Below, one piece after another: positions 11,262-22,451 of a stretch of DNA of 64,000 nt. The position numbers and the translations under genes were made by a program. The DNA comes from Squalus acanthias (taxonomy: Eukaryota). The stretch is taken from NCBI GenBank assembly GCA_030390025.1, contig CM059432.1, positions 2,914,001 to 2,978,000 on the forward strand. Reading direction: 5' to 3'. Position 1 is the stretch's first letter, and every line of letters begins with the position of its first letter. The notes beneath the pieces were generated by a model that searched no databases, had not been told where the DNA came from, and worked only from the letters and a program-made list of their open reading frames with translations.

Positions 11262-12195
11262 CCGTGCTCCCCCAACGCTGGCAGAAGGCTGCTGTTGCTC
11301 ACGTTGGGACCCTAGAGATGTCGGTGGCCAGTGACTTCCAGGAGTTACGAGCCCGCGAGGCCCCGCCTGCCGACGGTAGCACGTTGGCTACTGTCGGGGT
11401 AGTCTGGCACAGCTGGCTTTCTGGTACCATGGCGGGTATTCGCTGAGGGGGTGTCAAGGATGCAGATGTGCTGACATCCTGAGAAAGGGCAACAAGTGCC
11501 ACTCCCTATGAGGCTGCGGCTAAGTCACTCCCACTGATTTGTGGGAGACCAGACTTTCGGAGATAAAAGGAAGAAAGACTTGCATTTCTATAGCGCCTTT
11601 CACGACCTCAGGACGTCCCAAAGCACTTTACAGCCAATGAAGTATTTTTGAAGTGTAGCCACTGTTGTAATGTAGGAAACGCGGCAGCCAATTTGCCCAC
11701 AGCAAGCTCCCACAAGCAGCAATATGATAATGACCAGATAATCTGTTTTTTAGTGATGTTGATTGAGGGATAAATATTGGCCCAGGACACCGAGGAGAAC
11801 TCTCCTGCTCTTCTTCGAAATGGTGGACGTGGGATCTTTTACGTTCACCCAGAGCATCAGCCTAACGTCCGGGCAATGACGCCTTGAAAACCCTTATCCG
11901 TGTTGTCCATCGCTCTCTCCAAGGTGGAGCCCCGAGTCTGGATGGCAGTTGTGTGAGTTTCCATCAAAGCCACAAAGGCTGGTAACATGGACTCCTGGTG
12001 TGCAGGACCAACTGCAGCGATCCTGGGGTGCAGACACGTGCTCCGAGGTAGACTGTGAACTGCCGATGCCAGGACAGGACGCCACGCCAGCTGGAAACAA
12101 ACTCCTCCATGCTTTCAGCCGCGGCGCTGGAACTCCTTGCCAGGCCTTCCAATACCTCATGAAATCGCTTGTGTAACGCAAGCAGTTTCCTTTTC
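11262..12195 (-). pseudogene. Possible decayed coding remnant (perhaps a Harbinger Myb/SANT-like accessory gene), split by a Deu-SINE
   Basis: GC-richer non-LINE sequence; the minus frame reads LLALHKRFHEVLEGLARSSSAAAESMEE (helical, coiled-coil-like). Assignment by resemblance only. Confidence 0.3.
11565..11853 (-). mobile_element. Deu-SINE, 5'-truncated
   Basis: Tail and 3' core match the other copies. Confidence 0.88.
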
Positions 12196-12279
12196 TAAAG
12201 AATGGGCCCCTGAAGTTAGCAGCTCAGTCCTGCTTAGCAGAACTAAGACAACTTCGCCCTTTAGCCAGCTATCTCCTGC

Positions 12280-13082
12280 CTTGGCCTTGCCCCTCCCTAT
12301 CTCTGTAATCTCCTTCAGCCCCACAACTTCCCTGAGATATCTGCGCTCCTCTGATTCTGCCCTCTTGAGCATCCCTGATTATAATCGCTCAACCATTGGT
12401 GGCCGTGCCTTCTGTTGCCTGGGCCCTAAGCTCTGGAATTCCCTCCCTAAACCTCTCTACTTCTCTCTCCTCCTGTAAGTCGCTCCTTAAAACCGACCTC
12501 TTTGACCAATCTTTTGGTCACCTGCCCTAATTTCTGCTTATGTGGCTCAGTGTCAAATTTTTTGTCTTATAATACTCCTGTACAGTGCCTTGGGATTTTT
12601 TACTACGTTAAAGGTGCTATAGTGGTGGCATAGTGGTTAGCACTGGTGCCTCACAGCGCCAGGGACCTGGGTTCGAATCTGGCCTCGGGTGACTGTCTGT
12701 GTGGAGTTTGCACATTCTCCCCGTGTCTGCGTGGGTTTCCTCCGGGTGCTCCGGTTTCCTCCCACAGTCCAAAAATGTGCGGGTTAGGTTGATTTGGCTA
12801 TGATAAATTGACCCTTAGTGTTAGGGGGGGATTAAATATGTGGGGTTACGGGGATAGGATGGGATATGTTAGGGGGAATTAAATATGTGGGGTTACGGGG
12901 ACAGGGTGGGATATGTGTCGGTGCAGGCTCGATGGGGATTCTGTGTGAAAGAGTAGGGACAGGGTACTGGATTTGGATGATCAGCCATGATCGTATTGAA
13001 TGGTGGAGCAGGCTCGACGGGCCGAATGGCCTACTCCTGCTCCTAGTTTCTATGTCTATACAAATGCAAGTTGTTGTTGTTG
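12280..13082 (+). mobile_element. L2 3' fragment with its tail interrupted at 12622-13055
   Basis: GGRAFCCLGPKLWNSLP; tail AAAGGTGCTATA|...|CAAATGCAAGTTGTTGTTG. Confidence 0.88.
12622..12948 (+). mobile_element. HE1-type V-SINE
   Basis: tRNA head TGGCATAGTGG...GGTTCGAATC and V domain TGTGTGGAGTTTGCACATTCTCCCCGTGTCTGCGTGGGTTTCCTCCGGGTGCTCCGGTTTCCTCCCACA; internal ~48-bp tandem duplication at ~12820-12915. Confidence 0.9.
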
Positions 13083-13130
13083 CCACCACTACTTGCTCTT
13101 GCTGACTCGTGCTGGGTGCTTCACCAAAGT

Positions 13131-14005
13131 TAATAGTGTAGAGGGGAGCAGAAAGTTAGCAAAGGGACATTGATAGATTCAGTGAGGGGGCAAAACTGCG
13201 GCAGATGCAGTTCAACATGGGGAAGTGTGAGGTCATCCACTTTGGACCTGAGAAAGATCGATCAGAGTATTTTCTAAATGGTGAGAAGCGAGGAATTGTG
13301 GAGGAACAGAGAGATTTAGGGGTTCAAGTACAGAAATCAATAAAAGCTAGTGGAGAGTTACAAAAAAAAAAATGGAATGTTACCTTTTATCTCAAGGGGG
13401 GTTGGAATACAAAGGGGTAGAAATTATGCTACAGTTATATAAAGATCTGGTTAGACCCCATTTAGACTACAGTGTTCGGTTCTGGGCACCGCACCTCAGG
13501 AAGGATATATTGGCCTTGGAGGGGGAGTAACGCAGATTCACCAGAATGATACCGGGGCTAAAAGGGTTAAATTACGAGGACAGGTTGCACAGACTAGGCT
13601 TGTATTCCCTCGAGTGTAGAAGATTAAGGGGTGATCTAATCGAGGTGTTTAAGATGATTGAAATATTTGATAGGGTAGAGAGAGAGAAACTATTTCCTCT
13701 GGTGGGGGGAGTCCAGAACAAGGGGGTGTAACCTTAAAATTAGAGCCAGGCCGTTCAGGGGTGATGTCAGGAAGCACTTCTTCACACAAAGGGTGGTGGA
13801 AATCTGGAACTCTCTCCCCCCAAACAGCTGTTGAGGCTGGGGGGGGGTCAATTGAAAATTTCAAGACTGAGATTGATAAGATTTTTGTTGGGCAAGGGTA
13901 TCAAGGGTTACGGAACCAAGGCAAGTAGATGGAGATAAGATACAGATCAGCCATGATCTAACTGAATGGCTTGAGGGGCTGAATGGCCTCCTCCTGTTCC
14001 TATGT
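13131..14005 (+). mobile_element. CR1 LINE 3' fragment
   Basis: MQFNMGKCEVIHFG...LYSLECRRLRGDLIEVFKM, frameshifted. Confidence 0.92.
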
Positions 14006-14069
14006 CCACACACCAGTGCCAGGATCCACAAATGTGGGCTCTGGAGTAGTGACAGATGTGGCCAAAATA

Positions 14070-14578
14070 CTGGGCACCGCACTTTAGGAAGGACGTGAAG
14101 GCTCTGGAGAGGGTGCAGAGGAGATTTACGAGAATGGTACCGGGGATGAGGGACTTCAGTTACGTGGATAGACTGGAGATGCCGGGGCTGTTCTGCTCAG
14201 AGCAGAGAAGGCTAAGAGGAGATTTGATAGCGGTGTTTAAAATCATGAAGGGTTTAGATAGAGTAGAGAGAGAGAAACTGTTTCCAATGGCTGAAGGGTC
14301 GATGACGAGCGGGCACAGATTTAAGGTGACACGAGGAAAGACTTTTTTATGCAACGAGAGGTTAGGATCTGGAGCGCACTGCCTGATGGGGTGGTGGATA
14401 CAGATTCAATAGTAACCTTCAAAAGGGAATTGGAGAAATACTTGAAGGAGAAAACATTGCAGGGAGATAGGGAACGAGCAGGGGAGTGGGACTAACTGTA
14501 TCGCTCTTCGAAAGAGCCGGCGCAGACTCGATGGGCTGAACGGCCACATTCTGTGCTGTACTATTCTATTCTATTCTA
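14070..14578 (+). mobile_element. CR1 LINE 3' fragment
   Basis: WAPHFRKDVKALERVQRRFTRM...; (ATTCT)n tail. Confidence 0.92.
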
Positions 14579-14856
14579 GGCACTTGTTGACCCCTCATAT
14601 ACTCCTCTTCCTCATCTCAATCCTGCATTGCAATCATAGGCCCCCAAAGGAATATTGATCCTCACCGCATTGCATGGTGTGCTTTAAATGCCAGGTCGCA
14701 ACCAGGAGTAGTGAAGGAACTCCTGTTGCTACACTCACCAAGTGCAAACCCCTCTAATTTAACTCTCTCAGCCAACTGAGGTACCAATCTTTGTGCTGGT
14801 GCTTGGGAGGGATGGAGCGTGTGACGACGTGTCTCTCAGCTGAGCCCCCCTCCTCC

Positions 14857-15092
14857 GAGGCCCCAAGCTCTGGAATTCCCTCCCTAACCCTCTCCGGCTC
14901 TCCACCTCTCTCCTTTTAAGACGCCCCTTAAAAACCTCCCTCTTTTGACCGAACTTTTGGTCACCTGTCCCGATAGCTCCTCGTGCGGCTCGGTGTCGGG
15001 ATTTTTTGTCCGATAATCGCTCCCGCGAATCACCTCGGGATGTTTTTGCTACGTTAAAGGCGTTCTGCAAATGCGAGTTGTTGTTGTTGTTG
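14857..15092 (+). mobile_element. L2 3' tail
   Basis: GGCCCCAAGCTCTGGAATTCCCTCCCT...(GTT)n. Confidence 0.87.
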
Positions 15093-15532
15093 CGGTGTCT
15101 TCTTCAGGGTCCTGCTGCTGAGAAAGACATTGAGGAAAGGGATACGGGACGAGAATGAACCTGGCGTTGACAGGCTGGAATGTAGCGGATCAGAGGCTTC
15201 ATGGAGTTGTCAAGCTGGTGACTTGTGCGATGTTTGGAGAGTTACATGAAGGAACGCAGGAGCAGGAGTAGGCCATTCAGCTCCTCGGCCAATAGATGGA
15301 GCATAGTTTGGCGGTAAAGTATTCCCAGTGAGGGGACAGAAAAAAACTGGAAGGTTCCAGGTCACAGAAGTGGACTTTCAGTTAATGGATCATGGATCAT
15401 TATTGCCCCGTATTCCTAAGCCTGATAGCCAGACTGTTCTGTGGCTGCTAGTAAACGAGAGAGCATGTCGAAGAAAAATGACAATAAGGAACCCATCAGG
15501 GTAAAGAAATTAATATGCTGCTGGTTCATGTG

Positions 15533-15996
15533 AAGAAAGACAGACTGGCATTTCTATAGCGCCTTTCACAACCTCAGGACGTCCCAAAGCGCTTTACAGC
15601 CAATGAAGTACTTTTTGAAGTGTAGTCTCTGTTGTAATATAGGAAACGCAGCAATCAATTTGCGCACAGCAAGCTCCCACAAACAGCAATGTGATAATGA
15701 CCAGATAAACTGTTTTTAGTGATGTTGGTTGAGGGATAAATATTGGCCCCAGGACACCAGGGGGAACTCCCCTGCTCTTCTTCGAAATAGTGCCATGGGA
15801 TCTTTTACGTCCACCTGAGAGAGCATACGGGGCCTCGGTTTCATCTGAAAGACGGCACCTCTGACAGTGCAGCACTCCCTCAGCACTGCACTGGGAGTGT
15901 CAGCCTAGATTTTGTGCTCAAGCCTCTGGAGTGGGACTCGAACCCACAACCTTCTGACTCAGAGGCGAGAGTGTGACCCACTGAGTCACGTCTGAC
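15533..15996 (-). mobile_element. Deu-SINE, full length
   Basis: Complete head, core and tail. Confidence 0.9.
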
Positions 15997-16385
15997 CAGT
16001 GCTATACGAGGAAATGTTGTTAATATGAAATTAGATAATGCAATGTAGACTCAATAGTTTTATTTTTAATGTTAGGCTGCTAGAATATCACATTTTATAT
16101 TTAAAGAAAGAAAATACATTTCTATAGCGCCTTTCACGACCACCGGACGTCTCAAAGCGCTTTACAGCCAATGAAGTACTATTTGAAGTGGGGTCACTGT
16201 TGTAATGTGGGAAATTTATAATGTAATCTCTTGTCGCCTGAAAAAAGAATAACTTAAAAAACTCTCTTTACAAATAAAATTCTGCTACAGATTCAAACCT
16301 AACTAAAACCAAACGGAAATAGATTCTTCACCATGAAAAGAATCCGTTTATGTATACTGTAACGGGCTCAAATATCATCTTTACT

Positions 16386-16735
16386 ACTGTCGGAGGTGCC
16401 GTCTTTCAGATGAGATGTGTTGTACCTTAGCACTAGAAGCAAAAAGGAGACCAATGACTCAATGAAGAATATTTATCCCTCAACCAACATCACGAAAACA
16501 GATTATCTGGTCATTATCACATTGCTGTTTGTGGGAGCTTGCTGTGCGCAAATTGGCTGCCCCACCATTGGCGTTCATGCCTTCAGCTGCCTGGGCCCCA
16601 AGCACTGGATGGCTGCTGCGTTTCCCACATTACAACAGTGACTACACTTCAAAATGTACTTCATTGGCTGTAAAGCGCTTTGGGACGTCCGGAGGACGTG
16701 AAAGGCGCTATAGAAATGCAAGTCTTTCTTTCTTT
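16386..16735 (+). mobile_element. Rearranged Deu-SINE carrying a ~50-bp L2 piece
   Basis: Core and tail fragments; L2 motif CCACCATTGGCGTTCATGCCTTCAGCTGCCTGGGCCCCAAGC inserted at ~16560-16608 between duplicated TGGCTGC. Confidence 0.75.
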
Positions 16736-16736
16736 T

Positions 16737-17320
16737 CATAGAATGATACAGCGCGAAGGAGGCCATTCGGCCCATCGTGCCTGTGATGGCTCTTTGGAAG
16801 AGCTCTCCAATTAGTCCCACTCCCCCCTGCTCTTTCCCCACAGCCCTGCAAATTGTTCTCCTTCAAGTATTTATCCAATTCCCTTTTGAAAGTTACTATT
16901 GAATCTACTTCCACCGCCCTTTCAGGCAGCGCGTTCCAGATCACAACAACTCGCTGCGTAATTTTTTTTTCCTCATCTTGCCTCTGGTTCTTTTGCCAAT
17001 TATCTTTAATCTGTGTCCTCTGGTTTCCGACTCTCCTGCCACTGGAAACAGTTTCTCCTTATTTACTCTATCGAAATCCTTCGAGATTTTGAACACCTCT
17101 ATTAAATCTCCACTTCACCTTCGCTGCTCGAAGGAGAACAACCCCAATTTCTCCAGTCTCTCCACGTAACTGAAGTCTTTTATCCCCGGTACCATTCTGG
17201 TAAATCTCCTCCGCACCCTCTCCAAGGCCTTGACATCCTTCCTAAAGTGCGATGCCCAGAATTGGACACAATACTCCAGCTGGGGCCGAACCAGTGTTTT
17301 ATATAAAGGTTTAGCATAAC
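16737..17320 (-). mobile_element. CR1 LINE 3' fragment
   Basis: LYKTLVRPQLEYCVQFWASHFRKDV... Confidence 0.92.
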
Positions 17321-17524
17321 AATTGTACCATCTGCTGAAGGAACAGGCCAGATATTCCCGTAAGATGGAAAGTTTCCACAGCATGAAGCTCTCGAGCTGT
17401 TGGATCCATCCAACCCAACTCCGATGAGACCTGCTGCCTCAAGCAGTCTGCAGTTGGCACATGTATCAAGCACGTGAAAAAGCCACGTTCACAAGTGTTA
17501 ACACCATCATCACCCAACCTTTAG

Positions 17525-17978
17525 AACACAAGGACATAAGAAATAGGAAAAGGAGTCAGCCATTTGGCCCCTTGAGCCTGCTCCGCCATTCAATGAGATC
17601 ATGGCTGATCTTCGACCTCAACTCCACTTTCCCGCCCGATCCCCACATCCCTTGATTCCCCAAGAGTCCAAAAATCTATCGATCTCAGCCTTGAATAGAC
17701 TCAACGACTGAGCCTCCACAGCCCTCTGGGGCAGAGAATTCCAAAGATTCACAACCCTCTGAGTGAAGAAATTCCTCCTCATCTCAGTCCTAAATGGCCG
17801 ACCCCTTATCCTGAGACTGTGACCCCTGGTTCTAGACTCTCCAGCCGGGGGAAACAACCTCTCAGCATCTACCCTGTCAATCCCCCTCAGAATTTTTTAT
17901 GTTTCAATGAGATCACCTCTCATTCTTCTAAACTCCAGAGAGTGTAGGCCCAATCTACTCAATCTCTCATCATAGGAC
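17525..17978 (-). mobile_element. CR1 LINE 3' fragment
   Basis: ESRTRGHSLRIRGRPFRTEMRRNFFTQRVVNLWNSLP. Confidence 0.92.
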
Positions 17979-18051
17979 AGATGGTACACCCTGCAGCCAC
18001 GGTACGCCGGTGGTGGAGGGAGTGAATGTTTAAGGTGGTGGATGGGTCCAC

Positions 18052-18213
18052 CAATGATCCCTGTAAGCTGCACTTTGTTCTGCGCAGTCTGTTTCTTTCA
18101 CTGCGCGGTCCCTTTAAATTTCTGCGCACGTGCGGTATTTACAATATAAAAGCCGGTGAGCGGCCTGCGCGGGACCTTTCCCATTGCTGTGCGGCCACTT
18201 AGAGGGAACGTTG
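18052..18213. mobile_element. hAT-type MITE, family A
   Basis: TIRs CAATGATCCCTGTAA / TTAGAGGGAACGTTG; 8-bp flanks GGGTCCAC / GTCTCCAC; relatives at 49260-49384 and 55629-55774. Confidence 0.7.
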
Positions 18214-18221
18214 GTCTCCAC

Positions 18222-18330
18222 TGTATTGAACAAGAAGTAACACTGGGTGAATGGCTCTTAGGAGAACAGGGCGATTCTCTGAATCCAAGGCTGTTGACCC
18301 CACTGAGAAACCTGCTAACAGTGGAGACGA
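18222..18330 (+). pseudogene. PIF/Harbinger (DDE_Tnp_4-type) transposase fragment
   Basis: GEWLLGEQGDSLNPRLLTPLRNLLT resembles the conserved Harbinger/HARBI1 motif WLLGDxGYPLxxWLLTPxRNP. Confidence 0.62.
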
Positions 18331-18512
18331 ACCTTGCCCTAAACGCCTCAGCATTAGTTTGCTGTTCCTCCGATGACATCTCCACCTGGCCAATATTTAT
18401 CCCTCAAACGACATTGCTAAAAAACAGATTATCTGGTCATTATCACTTTGCTGTTTGTGGGAGCTTTCTATGTGCAAATTGGCTGCCACATTTCCTACAT
18501 TACAACAGCGAC

Positions 18513-19949
18513 TAGCTCCAGAACTAGCCGCGCCTCCAGCCAAGCTGTTCCAGTGCAGCTACAACACTAGCATCTACCCGATAATGTGGAATACTGCCGA
18601 GGTATGTCCTGTCCACAAAAAGCGGGACAAATCCAATCCGTCCAATTACCATCCCATCAGTCTACTCACAATCTTCAGCAAAGTGATGGAAGGTGTCATT
18701 GACAGTGGTATCAAGTGGCACCAATGCTCAGTTTGGGTTCCACCAGGACCACTTGGCTCCAGACTTCATTACAGCCTTGGTCCAAACATGGGCAAAAGAG
18801 CTGAATTCTAGAGGTGAAGTGAGAGTGACTGCCCTTGACATCAAGGCAGCATTTGACCGAGAGTGGCATCAAGGAGCCCTAATAAAACTGAAGTCAATGG
18901 GAATCAAGGGGAAAACTCTCCACTGGCTTGAGTCATACCTAGCACAAAGGAAGATGGTTGTGGTTGTTGGAGGTCAATTATGTCAGCCCCAGGACATCAT
19001 TGCAGGAGTTCCTCAGGGCAGTGACCTAGGCCCAACCATAAGGTCAGAAGTGGGGATGTTCGCTGATGATTGCACAGTGTTCAGTTCCATTCGCAACTCC
19101 TCAGATAATGAAGCAGTCCGTGCCCACAAGCAGCAAGACCTGGACAAAATTCAGGCTTGGGCTGATAAGTGGCAGGTAACATTCGCACCACACAAGTGCC
19201 AGGCAATGACCATCTCCAACAAGCGAGAGTCTAAAAAGAAAGAAAGACTTGCACCGGACGTCTCAAAGCGCTTTACAGTCAATGAAGCACTTTTGGAGTG
19301 TTGTCACTGTTGTAATGTGGGATAACCACCACCCCTTGACATTCAACGGCATTACCATCGCCGAATCCCCCAACATCAACATTCTGGGGGAGTCAACGTT
19401 GACCAGAAACTTAACTGGACCAGCCACATAAATACTGTGGCAACAAGAGCAGGTCAGAGGCTGGGTATTCTGCGGCGAGTGTCTCACCTCCCGACTCCCC
19501 AAAGCCTTTCCACCATCTACAAGGCGCAAGTCAGGAGTGTGATGGAATACACTCCACTTCACTCCCTCCACCACCGGCGCACTGTGGCTGCAGTGTGTAC
19601 CATCTACAAGATGCACTCGCCAAGACTTCTTCGGCAGCACCTCCCAAACCCGCGACCTCTTCCACCTAGAAGAACAAGGACAGCGGGCGCATAGGAACAG
19701 CACCACCTCCAAGTTCCCCTCCAAGTTACACACCATCCTGACTTGGAAATATATCGGCCGTTCCTTCATCGTCGCTGGGTCAAAATCCTGGAACTCCCTC
19801 CCTAACAGCACTGTGGGAGCACCTTCACCACACGGACTGCAGCGGTTCAAGAAGGCGGTTCACCACCACCTTCTCAAGGGCAGTTAGGAATGGGCAATAA
19901 ATGCTGGCCTTGCCAGCAACGCCCACGTCCCATGAACGAATTAAAAAAA
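18513..19949 (+). mobile_element. Zenon-like CR1-group LINE, 5'-truncated, inserted into a Deu-SINE
   Basis: RT motifs NYHPISLL, ALDIKAAFD, GVPQGS, MFADD, IYKAQVRSVMEY; poly(A) tail; host SINE halves at ~18385-18513 and ~19951-20030. Confidence 0.85.
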
Positions 19950-20072
19950 CTGCAAAAGTACTTCATTGGCATTAAAGCACTTTGGGACGTCCTGAGGTCG
20001 TGAAGGCCCTATATAAATGTAAGTTTTTCCTTCATTCCTGTCAACATCAAGCACGTTCAGTCAGTTGTGGTT

Positions 20073-20384
20073 TCACAGAATCCCCACAGTACAGATAGAG
20101 GCCATTTCGGCCCATCGAGCCTGCACCGACACATATCCCACCCTATCCCTGTAACCCCATGTATTTAATCCCCCCTAACACTAAGGGTCAATTTATCATA
20201 GCCAAATCAACCTAACCCGCACATCTTTGGACTGTGGGAGGAAACCGGAGCACCTGGAGGAAACCCACGCAGACACGGGGAGAATGTGCAAACTCCACAC
20301 AGACAGTCACCCGAGGCCAGATTCGAACCCGGGTCCCTGGCGCTGTGAGGCAACAGTGCTAACCACTATGCCACCGTGTTGCCC
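20073..20384 (-). mobile_element. HE1-type V-SINE, full length
   Basis: tRNA head, V domain and CR1-type tail GGCTCGATGGGCCGAAATGGCCTC...GATTCTGTGA. Confidence 0.9.
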
Positions 20385-20619
20385 ATTTGTGGCCATTGCT
20401 TTGTTTGATTATACAAACATACGAATTAGGAGCAGGAGTAGGCCACTCTTTGGGAAGGAGGGGTAGGGAAAAACTTACAAGACCTTTCTTCGGGAAATTG
20501 GGCGGGTTGAGTAGATCACACAAAAATGTTGGAAAGAGCTTGTTTTAGGGAGGAAATGGCCTTTACGCATTCCAGGCTTTCTTATGACTATGACACAAAA
20601 TAAAAAATCTCCTGCCATG

Positions 20620-20911
20620 GCTGTTTTTGTTATGTTGATTGAGGGATAAATATTGGCCAGGACACCGGGGATAACTCCCCTGCTCTTCCTCAAAATAGTG
20701 GCCATGGGATCTTTTACGTCCACCTGAGAGGGCAGACGGGGCCTTGGCTTAACGTCTACATCCGAAAGACGGCACCTCCGACAGTGCAGCACTCCCTCAG
20801 TACTGCACTGGGAGTGTCAGCCTAGCTTTATGTGCTCAGGAGTGGGACTTTGAACCCACAACCTTCTGACTCAGAGGCGAGAGTGCTGCCCACTGAGCCA
20901 CGGCTGACACT
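20620..20911 (-). mobile_element. Deu-SINE 5' portion
   Basis: Head and core on the minus strand. Confidence 0.88.
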
Positions 20912-21462
20912 CAGAGATAAAGGTCTCTGCTCTCCTAGAAAAGCTAGGGGACAAAAGAGTTTCATCCACTTCACCATTCAATGCCTAGAATGCATTCACG
21001 TAGTAATGAAGGAACAGATCCGAAGCATTACACAACATAATGGCCCAGAATTTGCTGGGAAAGTAACGAGGCATGGAATGGTGCTCGACATTATTAGTAA
21101 ATAACCCAGCAACTTGTGGCGAGGAAGAGATACCCCGTGAGTTGCAAATTGCCACAAATTGCTGGATGGTTTGCGCGGCTCCCTCGTGAAAACGGCAGCG
21201 TGCCCTCAACCTCCCTGTGAGTCTCAAGAAATTGCTGCATTTGCACATTAATAACCCACTAAACTCACCACAGAAAGTTAGGGCTGGTACTTAACGGTGT
21301 AAGGACCCCTGTTAATGAGGAGATTTATGTTCTCGCAATGCCACTCGCCCTCTCTGGCCCAGAAAGGGAGCAATTGAAACTGCGGTGTCTCATTCCTACA
21401 GGTAGTAAATTGTTCTTAGATGTTATTAAAATTTTAAATATTTACATTTTTTCTTACTTTTT

Positions 21463-22170
21463 GGGCTGGATTTTGATACTGGGGCGGGCTGGGGTCGTGT
21501 TATCCACTTTTCGTGTTATCCACCCGACTGCAATTGGATGTGGGAGATTGATGCGATTTTCACCTAATTGGGCAATTGAGTTCCAGCATGTGGGAACCCA
21601 TGACCCAATTAGTGTTTTCAGTCTGAAAGTCGCCTCTGATGATGTCATCATTGCTGCTGCATTGAAGGTCTGCAAAGACTGCCTGGCCTTTGCTGTGAGA
21701 GGACCTGGAGGCGAAATGAGCAGCAGCAGCCCTAAGTCTGCTGCCAGATATTTTTGTACCACCACCACCACCACTCCCAGATATTTTTTCTCCTCCTCCT
21801 CCTCCTACTACTACTACTACTTATCTCCGTTGTAATAGTGGACCTGCAGCTGATAGTCAGCTATCGAAATGTGCTACCGCCAGGTTTCACATTCGTGGTT
21901 CAGAGCAGGCGTGCTTCATGTAGAAAAAGGGTTAAAATCACAAAGGGCTTTCAAAATGGCATTATAGAGGCAATTTAGTGCTTGTTAAGGGCCTTAACAG
22001 CCTATCCCGCCTCTTGGAGGCGGAACGGAGTCAGGACCAGCAGACACGATTTAATGAAAATTGTGTGGAGGCGGGATGGAGGCTGCCTTGTGCCCGCCCG
22101 CCAGTTTTCGCAATTTTAACCCCCCACACGCCTCTAAACCCGCCTCCACGGGTCAATGAAAATTCTGCCC
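21463..22170. mobile_element. Second Harbinger-like MITE nested in the first
   Basis: Termini GGGCTGGATTTT / AAAATTCTGCCC flanked by TTT; the host MITE sequence resumes on both sides. Confidence 0.6.
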
Positions 22171-22451
22171 TTTCTCTCTCTTAATCCAATCTTTCTTTCC
22201 CTCCTGTTATTTCTCATTCTCTAAATGATTTGACTCGAATTCACCCTATTTCCTTCTCCGTCATTCCTCTGTTTCTTTCTCTATCCCTAAATCTCATTGG
22301 TTAATTGGATAGGCTGTTGGTTGTTCATTAAGGTCCCAGATGCCCTGTTGCCATCGCTGGGCCGTTATCACCTCGGACTTCCAGCAATTTGTGGCGTGAA
22401 TTTTTTTTTCGAGCTGAAGGGGAAAAAAATCCAACAAGTGGGGCACAAATT

